From: Elsinoe ampelina
Taxonomy: Eukaryota
Reading direction: 5' to 3'
DNA length: 64,000 nucleotides
Assembly (NCBI GenBank): GCA_010093995.1
Contig: ML992504.1
Span: forward strand, 1,268,885 to 1,332,884
This document shows, piece after piece, positions 46,931 to 59,312 of this stretch. The stretch's first letter is position 1. Each line of letters opens with the position of its first letter. The notes under the pieces were generated by a model. That model was not told where the DNA came from, did not search any database, and saw nothing but the letters and a program-made list of their open reading frames with translations. Position numbers and translations under genes: made by a program.

Positions 46931-49900
46931 TGACGGTAGTAGTGACGAATGTTCACACGAAAGCCCGTTCTGGTTGTTCAGTGTGTGATGGCGACAAGGG
47001 TGACAGCATATACGGTTCTGCTAGTAGAAGTATCATGCAGGATCAATGACTTGCTTTTGCGGGCTCGACCGTGGGGCTGCAGGTGAAGAATCATCCATCG
47101 GTCCAGCTGGAGCCTTTTCGCCATGCACAGCAGTTGAGCAGGGCAGACATGCGGAGGCGGCGACTTGCATACTGTGTACTTGGGGGAAAACATCAAAAGG
47201 ATCATCGACCTGTCAGGGACCGTGAGTCGATGGCGCCGCGGAACAAGTTTGACAGGTCGGTAGGACAAGGACGTGGTCTCGTTGCGGTCTACTTGTCGTC
47301 TCCTTCGGGCAGGGATTGCACCTGTCAACGTGGTCTGTGGGCGATGATCAGCAAATGTACAGCTCTAGTCGGGAGCTTAAATCCAGACACTTGTCGCACG
47401 AGCTCTCTGTCAAATCCGCCAAAAGGAAATGGTGCATTTGGTACTGTAGTGTGCTTTGTGGACTTCGCTGGTGGTCGGTTTTGTCGCTTCCGTGACCATG
47501 GCGTCTCGATTTTCGGCTACTGTGCATCAGGGCTGCGGCCAGACTGTAGCCAGACCTCTGCCACCAGTGTCGCAATACCACCGAGAAGTCCGACCGAGTC
47601 TGCGGTTGAAGATGGGGTTTGCAATGTCGCATCGGAGATTTACTTAGAATGCTGGCTGGCTAAGCTTGAAACTAGCGCAGAGGCGTGAACTGGTTGACGA
47701 CCTTGGACGCGTCTACGCTTGCCCTCTGTCGAGTGTCTTGTCATGTCCACATGTCGTGAATGACTATCGACGGATGGCACTGAATCAGGCACAATTTATC
47801 AAAACTGTCATCATGTACCTCGTATGTACAGAAAACAAACTAGGGCCGTGTCAGGTCCACGTTATTGGGATCACCCGCCCTGAACAGCCGTAGGCCATTG
47901 CGGTCATGTATCTTCTCACACACTGTCCACATCACCTCTGGGCATTCTTTCCCAATGTGCTTGCTTTTTGGCTCTTTCGGGTCACGTCGCCGCGGTCAAG
48001 ACTGCGACGCGCTTGCATGGACAGCCAAAACGGATCCAAGACAAACACAGAAGGTGCACCAAGCATCCTTTACTCACATGCATGTCCTCAGCAAATCACT
48101 GCCTTGCTTCTTCTGCTTGGGGTACGTTGGCATTCATCTGAAATTGATAGCTCCAGGATACTCGATATTGCTCCCGAATCCATTGACCCGGCTGGGACCG
48201 GGTACCGGCTCGCCACAGAGTCAGAGGCCTGCATCGTAATTCCAATTCTTGCTTCCCTGCACGTAGCGTGTCGCCTTGAGGAGGTTGGACATCAGGTTGG
48301 CGACCAGCTCCTCGACTGTCTCCCTCGTAACAATTTCCCTTTTCCGCGCCGAGACAAGTCCGCACCAATCCCTGCCGGCTCATCCTGCGGGCAGGACAGC
48401 GGAGGAGGCGCTGTGGCCAGATCCTGAATGCGCTACGCGACTCGACGTTGAGGGCCCCGGACGGTCAAGGCACAGAGTGACAGAGGGCAGGGCTCATGTC
48501 TCAATCATAGCACGGCAATAGTCAACCTCGTTCCCAGGCCATGGGGATCTGTGCCCACCATCTTCTTCGGGTTTGGGCTTGAGCTAGAGGTCGATTATTG
48601 CGCAAAGCCTTCTACTATCTGCAAACGCCCCGTCGGTAGAGGTTTCTGTATAATGAGTATTCACGCGCGAATCGAAGGATCAAGGCGGTGCTGCCTCGGC
48701 CGTCGAGTCCGCGGGTCCAACTCGATTGGCCACACCGCATTCAACCTCCCAATGGCGGTCCTTAGTCCAGAGGTCAGAATGACAGACAACCGTCCTGCAG
48801 GCCCAAAACGTCGGGTCCTGGCCTCAAGCCATCACGCGTCCTGATGGGTCATCAAGATCGCTGCCGCTGGTGCTTGTGGCTGCGCCAGGCCGGCCAGCGA
48901 GGTGCAGCAACCTGGATTACCATACAGACCCATCGCGTCCCATGACTCTCGCCGAATTTTGTTATTGGCCAATGCCATTCAGGAACGCCAGGGATTGTGC
49001 TGCCGCCCCGAGCACGCTTTTTCATCAAACGACCCAGCACGACCCAGCCAGGCGGACTCGCCCCCCCTCACAGACGACTCACACGCACCGCACACGGCCC
49101 TCTTCGCTTCATCACTCGTGTCTCGCCTCCAATGTATCGGATATTTGGCCTTGCTTTCAGAGGACCCACATCGCTAGCCGAACTGCCCAGCACACGGACA
49201 AGACCCCATAACCACGATCTGTGTCCCATCAAGCCTCAATGCATGCGGCTCTTCGGATCCAGAAAACCATCCACAAGCATGTCACAGACTGCCTCAGGTT
49301 TCCCTGCTCTTAAACGTCCTGACATACAAACCTTTTGGCTTCCAATCCGGCCCGCGGACGGCCCGCCTTACGATTGACACGCCCAAGCATCTAGGTTGGA
49401 CCCAAGGCGTCCCCAATAGACGCTCTAGCCTCTCACTCTATCCTTCTCGCGGTCTCTTCGGTCCAGCTCCCTACCAAGGCTCCGCTAGTTGCAATTCAGC
49501 CACCTCGCTTTACGTGCACTTTGGAAAGCACACCCTGGTCCACCACCGAATCAGTGTGTTTGCATCGATCCCAAAACTCGGTGCCAAACTCTCCCGACCT
49601 TGTGTCGACTCGTACTCCGGCCCGCCCTCAATCTGTGTACAGGTAAATGCCACTCTGTGCGATGCCGCTTCAAACCCTGGACTTGCCAACATCTGTTCAC
49701 GCGCTGTGGGCATCGCTGCACCTGCACACCATTTTTTAGTCTTTCTGGGCCCTTTCCCTTTCTCCCACATTAGCCTGCAAACACATCCGTCTTGCATTTG
49801 CTTCCCCTATCAGCATCTTGCCGCTCTTTGTTATACCCACTCCTGCAAGCTCGGCACTCCGACCCCAGGGCCTCCCATTTGCGCATCGTCTCTTCGAGCT

Positions 49901-50402
49901 TGACAGGCATTCGACTGCACACCACTGACTCTTGTCTCCCGTTCGTTACTGGCGTCGAAAGAAATCCAGTATTTCTGACGAATCACCTGCTGCCCTTGTG
50001 CAACATCCCTACTGGTCTCACCTCCAATTCGATACTCTTAATCACAAGGAGTCGCTGACCATTTCGCCCATCCCACTCGTGTGCTCCCTGTCGCGTACAC
50101 TATCAGATGCTATTCTCCGGTTCCATCTTACAGGATTCACTGTACCTCTAGCCGCACTCCACCTCTTGCTGCAATCCTGACCCCAAACTTTTTGCTACAA
50201 AAAGCATTCTACTGCTGCAGCAATCGGTCCACACCACACCCTCACCGCAACTCCAAAGGCACAACACAAAGAAAAATTCTGGATCATGTCAACGTCGCTT
50301 TAACATCCCGCTTACAATTTCCTCTCGGTCCTCAACGGTTGTTCATCTCTCTACCTTTCAACGTTTGTTTCAGATGCGGAGCCTCGGGAACGGCTAGAAT
50401 TC

Positions 50403-51887
50403 ATGTCAAGACGCCTACCCTACTCCCCGCCGAGGACTACTGAGGGACCACAACAGTACCGACAAAGAATGGTAGAGGTTCAACCGCCGTTGCCCCTACC
50501 AACATTTCTAGGACGACCTGAATATGGCTATTCGTCAGAACCAGACTTACCATCCTTAGCATCTTTGAACCGCAACATGCCTCCTCCCTATCAACCTCCG
50601 CATGACCCACGAGGCATGGCGCCCCCCAGAGATCCAGCCCAGGACAGACCTGTGACCACTCGGAGCACTGCGTTACCAATCGCAGCCCTCCTATCGGATC
50701 CTGCTCCAGAAAAGGAACAGCGATCGGATCGAATGGATTCCTTTGTTCCGGGTGGTCACTCGCGAGGCATGGGTTCCTACTCCAGTACAGAAAGGTATCC
50801 GCTTCCTCCGATGCCACAGTATCCTCCATACTCCGCCACACGATCCCCGACCTCTCCCTACGGTGCTGTATTCCCGCCGGGAGCATATCAAGGTCCTCCG
50901 CCAGACCACTACCAATCACAGTCGAACATAGTCAGACCTGTGTTCACATCGCCATTCGCAACATCTCACCCGACGCCAGTGTACCACTCAAGACAACCGT
51001 CGTCGATCCACAGTCCCACTTCAGGCTCGGGTGGATCACAGAGGGCATATTCTAGTGAACCTCATTCAGCCACGTCAGAAATCCCCATGGCTACGCACGC
51101 GTTCCCTGCTGTACAGCCACAGGATCCTCCTGAGCTCGAATATACGCTCATCATGCGTCAGCAGCCCAAAGCAGCCCGAGCCTGCGGGTTTGGAGAACGA
51201 GACAGGCGGGTCATAGATCCGCCTCCGATCATTGAGGTACGAGCGACTGATCCCGTCTCAAAAGAGACGCACCTTGAGGGTGACTCGTATTGCACGCTCC
51301 ACTGCGTCCTGGTCAATGCACTGACAGGACTGGACGAGTCGACGATTCCAGCGCCCAGACCAGACATGCCCACTGCTCAACGACTCATGGGCGCGGCTGT
51401 CGCGTCGCCGTGGGTGGGTAACGACGAGCATGGCGTTCGTGGCTCATTCTTCGTCTTTGCCGACCTTTCTGTCAGGAGTCCTGGAAAGTACAAGCTGCTC
51501 TTCAGACTTCTAAAGGTCAACCCTCTGGCCATGTCTAAGAAGAACCCAAACTTCATCAGGGCGACAATAGAAAGCGAACCTTTCGATGTCTTCACAGCAA
51601 AGGAATTCCCAGGCATGAGAGCAAGTAGTGCTTTGCTCAGAGCACTCAGGGCACAAGGACTTAATGTCGGTGTAAAGAAGGGGAGCGAAGCCAAAGGGAA
51701 GAACAAAGACTCCAAGGAAGATGACTCTGACGAAGAGAGTGACGAGGAGGTTCAGGACGAGGCTGAAGAGGAAGGAGAGGAGGAAGAGAGCACTCGGACT
51801 ACTGCAAAAGCCAAAGCTGACGGCGGTGAGCCTGGCTCGAGCAAGGACAAAGGTAAAGGGCGAGCAAAACGCGCCAAAAAGTCGTGA
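50403..51887 (+). CDS. velC: Velvet-domain regulator, VelC-type (C-terminal velvet domain)
   Basis: RQQPKAARACGFGERDRRVIDPPPII, FVFADLSVRSPGKYKL, FDVFTAKEFPGM...LRAQG. Pro-rich N-half, acidic then basic tail. Confidence 0.85.
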   Translation: MSRRLPYSPPRTTEGPQQYRQRMVEVQPPLPLPTFLGRPEYGYSSEPDLPSLASLNRNMPPPYQPPHDPRGMAPPRDPAQDRPVTTRSTALPIAALLSDPAPEKEQRSDRMDSFVPGGHSRGMGSYSSTERYPLPPMPQYPPYSATRSPTSPYGAVFPPGAYQGPPPDHYQSQSNIVRPVFTSPFATSHPTPVYHSRQPSSIHSPTSGSGGSQRAYSSEPHSATSEIPMATHAFPAVQPQDPPELEYTLIMRQQPKAARACGFGERDRRVIDPPPIIEVRATDPVSKETHLEGDSYCTLHCVLVNALTGLDESTIPAPRPDMPTAQRLMGAAVASPWVGNDEHGVRGSFFVFADLSVRSPGKYKLLFRLLKVNPLAMSKKNPNFIRATIESEPFDVFTAKEFPGMRASSALLRALRAQGLNVGVKKGSEAKGKNKDSKEDDSDEESDEEVQDEAEEEGEEEESTRTTAKAKADGGEPGSSKDKGKGRAKRAKKS

Positions 51888-52429
51888 TGCGCCAGCAACA
51901 AGCACGACACTACCTATAGTTCTCGATCATTCGATACTGCACTTCTAACACGACGCGACTACTAAGCTGGACTACCATTCTATACCTACGACACATTCGA
52001 TATCCACGCATCCTGGATGATGACTTTACGACCTTCTTTAAGCATAGCACTTGTTCGTCCGCTCTATTCATTACAGAAAAACGCGTCACCGCACCATGGA
52101 TCACTTCCTGATGGCAATGACACGCACGCACAACTTTGGGATGTGCTTGACCAGGAGACTAACGACTGCACGCTCCTCTCACGGCTCCACCACCATCAAG
52201 TTCGCATGTCAATACCTCTCATCAGAACCACGCGTCCACACGCATCACATACGCAGTCACACATCACCTCGGATCTATCCAACCTTTCGTCCATTCACGC
52301 ATGACATTCCATCTCGGTGTTTCATACCAGCATCACAACAAGCGAGGAGCAAGGACTCAAGTTATGGGACACAAAAGCCATGCAGGCAGGTAGGCCGACA
52401 ACGCAAGGAGGAAATCATTCTGCAGTTTC

Positions 52430-52830
52430 GGTCCGGTTTCAAAAAAATATCCCTTTCGGCATTCACTCGGCATTCCTCTCAACGACTTCTGCACCATATC
52501 ACAATGCTAGGATCCCCTCGCTCACCGCCTAGCCCCGGCTCCGCCAAGCCTAGCAGGGTTGAGACAGGTTTTCACGCCCCTTCGCGGAGGGTGAAACTAG
52601 GGACAGCGCAGAGAGGACGGACACCCTCCGGAGGGGTAAACCGCATGGTCGCAGCGAGGTACCATGCCGGCATCATCTCGGTGCAGCAGGACCCTGCTCC
52701 AATGCTTAGATCAGACGCACGCCTTTCACTCTACTCTGTCACATGTCAGCCGGCATACATCACATCTTCATCAAACATGCATTACATACCTTTTAACGAC
52801 CGTCAGGAACGATTTCTTTTTCACCCACGA
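52430..52830 (-). ncRNA. Candidate spliced structured ncRNA (snoRNA-like), boundaries approximate
   Basis: Perfect 54-nt intron (GTATGT...GCTGAC...ACAG, 52789-52736) with no convincing ORF, several hairpins, and an 11-nt antisense match to LSU rRNA. Confidence 0.4.
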
Positions 52831-53088
52831 TTTTCGAAGCGAGCCAGCGAGCGAGCAGGCGGGCATGTGAGCGGATTTATCCATGAAACAGCGTAGATAG
52901 GCTATGCAGAGGTACGGCTCGGCTGGGAAAACTACTCTACTTCACCCTTCCCTGCATCCACATCCCCAGGATCTCACGTACCGTTCATCCCCTCTCCCAG
53001 AGCATTTCCCACGCCGTACTTGCCCACAATCCAGAGCACCGCTTTCCTCTCCCCTTCCAAGTCACCACCCCTGGCAAAGACATGCCTG

Positions 53089-54146
53089 TCACACCCCCTC
53101 CAACCCCTCATACAACCCCACCCCCCAACTCTCGCTCGGGTTATTGTACCTCTTCTCCTCCCTCCCCAGTCCCGCGATGAGATCCAGATCCTCCCGCTGC
53201 AACTCACACGGCACCCCGCCGTGCCCGTAATTCTCCTCTATCCTGCTCTTGTGGCTACTCTTCGGTATCACGCTCGTGCGCCGCTGGATGCCCCACTGCA
53301 GCACCACTTGCGCGGGCGTGCAGGAGCGTTTGTCCGCGATGGCTTTGACGACGGGGTTGGAGAGGATCTGCACTGGTCCGTCTGGCTTCCCCTCACCATT
53401 GTGGTAGGTCGGGTTGGTCCCGCCCAGGGGGGAGTAGGCTGTCACGTGGATGCCGCGCATGGAGTGGTATGCGATCCAGTCGCGTTGTTGGAGGTAGGGG
53501 TGGAGTTCCATTTGGTGCACCGCGGGGGGTACCGTGGAGTGGGTGAGGAGGTGGTCGAGTTGGGCCGGGGAGAAGTTGGAGATGCCGATGTAGCGGACTT
53601 TGCGGGTGCGGAGGAGTTTTTCCATGGCGAGCCAGGTGGGGAGGTAGGAGATTGTGGTGTTGGTGGTGGAGGGCGGGGAGGAGACGGGCCAGTGCATGTG
53701 GTAGAGGTCGAGGTAGGAGAGGCCGAGGTCTTTGAGGGTTTGGTCGAGGGCGAGGGGGACGAGTTTGGGGTCGTGGCTGGGGAGATTTGTTAGTGAGGGA
53801 GAGGTTAGGGGGAGGGATGGAGGTACTGGTCGTTCCAGAGCTTGCTCGTCACCCAAATGTCTTCGCGCCAGAGGTCGGCTTTGCGGAGACCATCTTTGAT
53901 GCCTTTGCCTACGAGCTTCTCGTTACGGTATGCGGCCGCGCAGTCGATGTGTCTGTAACCAGTTTGTAAAGCGTAAGACACTGCTTCAGTGGCGTTCTCG
54001 CGGTCGAGATTCCACGTGCCGAAGCCGAGAAGAGGAGGTTGGCGCATGTAGGGATAGCTGGCGAGCGGAGCTTGATCTGTGGGAGATGACACTGCTCGCG
54101 GCACAAAGGCCAGCAGTAGCAATTGCAATTGAGTGAACGAAAGCAT
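53089..54146 (-). CDS. Aldo-keto reductase with N-terminal signal peptide; 2 exons
   Basis: LGFGTW, GYRHIDCAAAYRNE, VTSKLWND, YLDLYHMHWP, IGISNF, QMELHPY, AYSPLG, IPKS. Confidence 0.92.
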
Positions 54147-54599
54147 GATTGATCTTCTCGTGGAGAGGAGGAGAGAAGTCATAGATCAAAAGAAGAGAAA
54201 CCAAGCTTACCTATCTAGCTGGATCGATAGTGTTGGAGATCTACCGTGATGTCACATCTTTATTTCCCCGCTTCACGCAATCCTCCTGGACGGAAGGTGT
54301 TTTGCAGATATAGAGAGGAATTGAGTCGCTGGCTTATTTGGACATGAAACGGGAATGGCAGATCGATGATCGAGATGCCGCTCTCAAACATGATACAGGA
54401 TAATGCAAGATTAAGATGATGGAGCAGCCTTGTTGACGGGACTGTACCAAACTCTCAATGGCCTTGCAGCGCGTAAAGTGGCAGCTTTCGTATGGGACGC
54501 GTCCCCGCGCGAAACTTTTGCCCGCAAAAAGGTCAAAACTTTTGTTAAAGAATCCCTCCCTCGCTTGGCACACGCCAGGCAGGTCAACATAGCGACAAG

Positions 54600-56695
54600 A
54601 TGAAGTACGTTTTGGTGTCTGGAGGTATGTCAGAGAATGCAGAAAGTCAAATACATGTCCATCATACTCATTCTCTCCAGGTGTCATCAGCGGCGTTGGC
54701 AAGGGCATCATTGGTAGGACTCGAAGCTGTCTGACTCGACCGATGGAACGGTATTCTGATATGCATGCTCTACAGCCTCGTCGACGGGCCTGCTGCTCAA
54801 GTCACTCGGTCTCAAGATATGTCTGCTCATGGTAATACGATGAGCTCCTAAGCTGACATGCCTGAACGTCTCCTCGATCAAGATTGACCCCTACCTCAAT
54901 GTCGACGCTGGAACAATGAACCCGAAGGAGTAAGGAACGATACATGGAGACCCTCCACAAGATGCTGAGAACTGCTGCAGGCATGGTGAATGTTTCGTTC
55001 TGGACGACGGTGGTGAGGTCGATCTGGACCTGGGCAACTACGAGCGGTATCTGAACATCACCCTTACCCGAGACAACAATATCACGACAGGCAAAATCTA
55101 CCAACATGTCATTGAGAAGGAGAGGCGAGGCGACTATCTTGGCCACACTGTACAGGTTGTGCCTCATGTGATTGAAGCGATTGAGGAGTGGGTCGAAAGA
55201 GTCGCAAAGATTCCTGTCGACGATACAGGAGAAGAGCCGGATGTTTGCATAATCGAGCTGGGAGGTACAGTCGGCGACATTGAGAGCATGCCATTCGTCG
55301 AGGCCATGACTCAATTGCGTGTTCGGGCTGGTCGTGATAACTTCATGCAAGTCCATGTCAGCTACGTTCCCATGGTGCATGGAGAGCAAAAGACAAAGCC
55401 AACACAAATGGCTATCAAGGCTGTCAGAAGTGCGGGTCTGATCCCAGATCTGGTAAGCTCGAAGCTGGGCTAGTATCCATAGAGCGACGCTGACCAGACC
55501 GTAGATTGCCTGCAGATGCGAAAGTCCTTTGGACGCAGGAGTCATCGACAAGGTGTCACGTTTCTGTCAGGTCCCGGTCAACCAAGTGCTGGCTGTCCGT
55601 GACATGCCTTCGACGTATCAAGTGCCGATACTCCTCAACGAGCAAGGTCTCCTCAAGATCTGCACATCTATACTCCGGCTCGACGCTCTTCAGATCAATC
55701 CCGCCCTTGTCTCAAGAGGCAGGAAGATCTGGAACACATGGACTGACCTCGCCATGGGTCTTGATCGTGTCCACGAAAGCGTCAATATCGTTCTTGTTGG
55801 AAAGTATCTCGAACAGCCAGACTCCTATCTCTCGGTCATTCGTTCACTGGAGCACTCGTCGATGAAGTGTCGCCGAAAGCTCAAGCTCACAATGGTTGAC
55901 TCGGAACATCTCGAAACCAAGTACCAGAGCAAAGATCCGGCTGCCTACCACAAAGCGTGGCACAATCTTTGTACTGCTTCCGGAATTCTAGTACCTGGTG
56001 GATTCGGCACACGAGGTACAGAAGGCATGATCTCAGCAGCCAACTGGGCAAGGAAGAATGGCACACCTTACCTGGGTATCTGCTTGGGTATGCAAATCGC
56101 CGTCATCGAGTTTGCACGCAGCGTGTGCGGCATGACTTTGCCTGTTGCAACATCTGAGGAATTCGACGGGACAGACTCGGACCGTGTGATTGTCTCCATG
56201 CCAGAGCACCATCCTGGCAAACTAGGTGGTACCATGAGACTCGGTCTCAAGCCAACTATCTGGCAACCAGACACAGAATGGTCACGTCTGCGAGCTCTGT
56301 ACTCTGCTGCCCCTGCCAAATCTGCTGCTCACACAAGTCAAGGCCCAAAGCTCAGTGAGGCCCACATCTTGGAGCGTCACCGACATCGTTACGAGGTCAA
56401 CCCGCATTACATCTCAAAATTAGAGAAGGAGGGCCTGACTTTCATCGGCAAGGACGAGACTGGTGTCCGGCAAGAGATCATCGAGCTTAAAGAGCATCCT
56501 TGGTTTGTTGGCGTGCAGTTCCACCCAGAGTATTTGTCACGAGTGCTGGGACCAAGCAAGCCATACTTGGGATTCGTCGCGGCGGCAGCAGGCATGTTAG
56601 ACCAGGTCACCAACGATCTCAGAAGCGATAGCCTAAGCGAAGGCGTGGATGGTCTTGGGGTCAATGGAGTCAATGGCGAGCACGCTGCGTTTTAG
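54600..56695 (+). CDS. URA7: CTP synthase; 6 exons, intron 3 is AT-AC
   Basis: [75 protein letters not shown]. Confidence 0.97.
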
Positions 56696-57075
56696 TTCCG
56701 TTGAAGATACCTTTGGACTTCTGACTTGGAAGCCGGCGTTCTGGTAGTTACCATAGACGACAAGAATGATTGATTTTGGCCATGAACTTGGGCATGAGTG
56801 GTAAGAACGCTTGTGATGTCCACTGCCGCTGCATTGTGTGCCAGCTCCTGATCTGAGACACTTGCTCAAACGTCCGGCCGGAGACATTTCTTTGTTCGGA
56901 CGTGAGGTTGAGCCGACATCATCGTCATTCATCTTCACAGCCCGTGTTGAGCCCACGACTACATATGTCTCAGACCCCCCGGTAGGTCATGTAAACTCAT
57001 CACTCACTCTACTCTGATCTGAACGCGAAAACGACGTCTCACTATCTTCCTCACCTGATTGAAAGACTCAATACA

Positions 57076-57705
57076 ATGACAAGCAGCATACCCGTATTCA
57101 TCTGCGGCCGCATCCCACCTCACGTCGAGGGCATCACTCGTATCCTGGGAAAGCATGGCTACAAAGGTACGCTTACCCTCTCATGAGATAAATGCAAACG
57201 GAGATCGACCAGGGACTGACCAGATACAGTGACGAGATCTTTCAACGACTTTGACGTTGCTCGCTCTGCCTTTCCCGGCCTGGTCGCAGATCCAGCCACT
57301 CGACCTCGTGCTGTCGTTATCGGTCGTGGCTTCTCAGACAAGCAGCAGGATGAATTGATCAAAGCCGGTACTACGCCGACAGGAAGTAAAGGTCTGGGCA
57401 TCCACCTCGCCAGTGTTGCTCAATTGTTGCAACATCTCCAAATTGCTCCACGAACAGCGTTTCTCGGATCCGTGGAGAGTAGCAGCTGACAATCAGCAGG
57501 CCACAGGATAGCATGGCTTGTCGCTCGTCCAGAGCTGATGACTCCGGAGCTCAAGGCTAAGATCGGGTATGGTTGGGACGGCCAGGGCCCGCCGCCTGTG
57601 GAAGTGCTGGCAGGTAGAATCATGGAAAGTCTGAAGCAGAGAGCAATCGAGGAAGGTGGTAAGTATGAAGACGGGATCGATGAGGACGGTGTTTTTGGCT
57701 TCTAG
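57076..57705 (+). CDS. Small hypothetical protein; 3 exons
   Basis: MTSSIPVFICGRIPPHV...GYK|VTRSFND...PRAVVIGRGFS...|HRIAWLVARP...GPPP...DGVFGF. Introns have CTGAC branch points. The second donor position is uncertain. Confidence 0.65.
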
Positions 57706-58007
57706 GACGGTGCATGCGTAGGACGTCTGGGACATGGAAGCTGGCTTTGACGAGGGCGAGGTACCTGCGTTCGGATATTAGAAATGTCGGACGAGGAAAG
57801 GACAGTAAGATCATGACCTCGACTCGCAATCACCTCGGATCTTCTATCATCGCTCCTTCCACGGACGTCACGACCGTATTCTATCTACAACAAGTCGCAC
57901 GCCTCAATCTATCATTTACTACCAGGAGATATCCATATTACCAGGAGACATCCATAATACCAGAGTTCGAAGCATCGCAAGGCTCCGTCTATCGAATACA
58001 GCTCAGG

Positions 58008-58664
58008 ATGACTACCAGCCCAAGCATTCTCCCTGGACAAGAAGTTCCGCTTAACATATTCGATAGGGAGCACTGGACCACGAACAGCGTCAAGGTCTAC
58101 CTTCAGAACACCGCTGAACCGAGCTTGAACTTTTTCCGCACCTACTTCGGCTACACCATTCAGTCAGGCTATACGAACACACTATCCTACCATAAGAAAC
58201 AAGAAGAGAGATTCGAATTCGACCAGATCCTACAGCTCATCACAGCACTCTTGAATGCCGAGCTTGAAAAAGGTGGTCATTCCCTGAAAGAATCTCTGAC
58301 TACTAAGGCTTCTCTCAAAGCCAGAGAGGCAGTCGAGTATCGGATTCTGCATCCCACAACGCCGGACCAGGTGCAGCTTCAGCGATTGCTTTTCCAAAAA
58401 GGTTCGCACGAGCAGGTGTGGTTCAAAGATACAGCATGGTCACGACCACACGCGATTGATCTTGAATGCGGCATCCAAAAGTTCATGAGGCTAGCGAGAA
58501 GGAGGCATACGCAAACAGAGGGAAGCAAAGCCAGGGCAAGAGCCAAAGCAGCCCGAGGCTGTGACTCTACCAGAAGCAGTCCCGGAGGCGAATATACCAG
58601 AAGCAGTCCCGGAGGTGAAACTACCACCAACAACCCTGGCGGAGATGGCGAGACGGCCACATGA
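58008..58664 (+). CDS. Hypothetical protein with C-terminal tandem repeat
   Basis: ORF open from 57714; probable ATG at 58008. No family recognised. Confidence 0.5.
   Translation: MTTSPSILPGQEVPLNIFDREHWTTNSVKVYLQNTAEPSLNFFRTYFGYTIQSGYTNTLSYHKKQEERFEFDQILQLITALLNAELEKGGHSLKESLTTKASLKAREAVEYRILHPTTPDQVQLQRLLFQKGSHEQVWFKDTAWSRPHAIDLECGIQKFMRLARRRHTQTEGSKARARAKAARGCDSTRSSPGGEYTRSSPGGETTTNNPGGDGETAT
58568..58645 (+). repeat. 27-bp tandem repeat (two near-identical units plus one degenerate)
   Basis: taccagaagcagtcccggagg at 58568 and 58595, and taccaccaacaaccctggcgg at 58622. Encodes TRSSPGGE. Confidence 0.8.
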
Positions 58665-59312
58665 GGTACTGGTAGTGGTTGCAAGCAGTTGCTTCCCGCG
58701 GTAGAAGTGGTATAAGATGGACAGTGTCTTAGTTCTGCTTTGGAGTCTTTCAGATTCGAGGTATTGTGCAACAACTCTTTTCGACAATGTCACGCTGATC
58801 GATGTAGCAGTTTTCTCAGCGAGCTCCACAGCCTGGGGGAAAGTATTGAATGATCTGCGGACTGTTGCATCTCCTGATCCGACCCCATCTACCTTCGCCG
58901 GCATGATGTTCTTTCGCTAGATCAATTACACCTTTACAGGACGACAATACCGGGCGCGGTGCGAGGTGGATCAGAACAAATCCGTTCACCCACATTCATA
59001 TAACGATAGTCAATAGCATCGAATTCGACAATCACTTCCCATCGCTAGCACGGAAAAGTCGGATCCAATTCTAGCTTTACCCGCATCTACTGATCACGCT
59101 CGTACTCGACCGATGCTCCACACGAATTTCCGTGGCGAATGAAGAGAGCCCATCGTCCTGTCCTCGTCAACAATATGTCACGAAGAGAAACCACTATCCG
59201 TGAAGCAAGCCGACAGACGATGAGATGATATTGTATAGAGGTATTCAGGAGTGACGACTGATTATGACAACAGTACACCCGTTCGAATGGACCGTATGGA
59301 TGTACAATCTTT

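Noticed and set aside
52400..52460. U14, snR30, snRNA, RNase P/MRP, SRP, telomerase RNA or TPP riboswitch identity for the 52.4-52.8 kb element
   Set aside because: Only partial resemblances (CATTCTGCAGTTTC, an Sm-like T run). The diagnostic boxes or templates were not found by eye.
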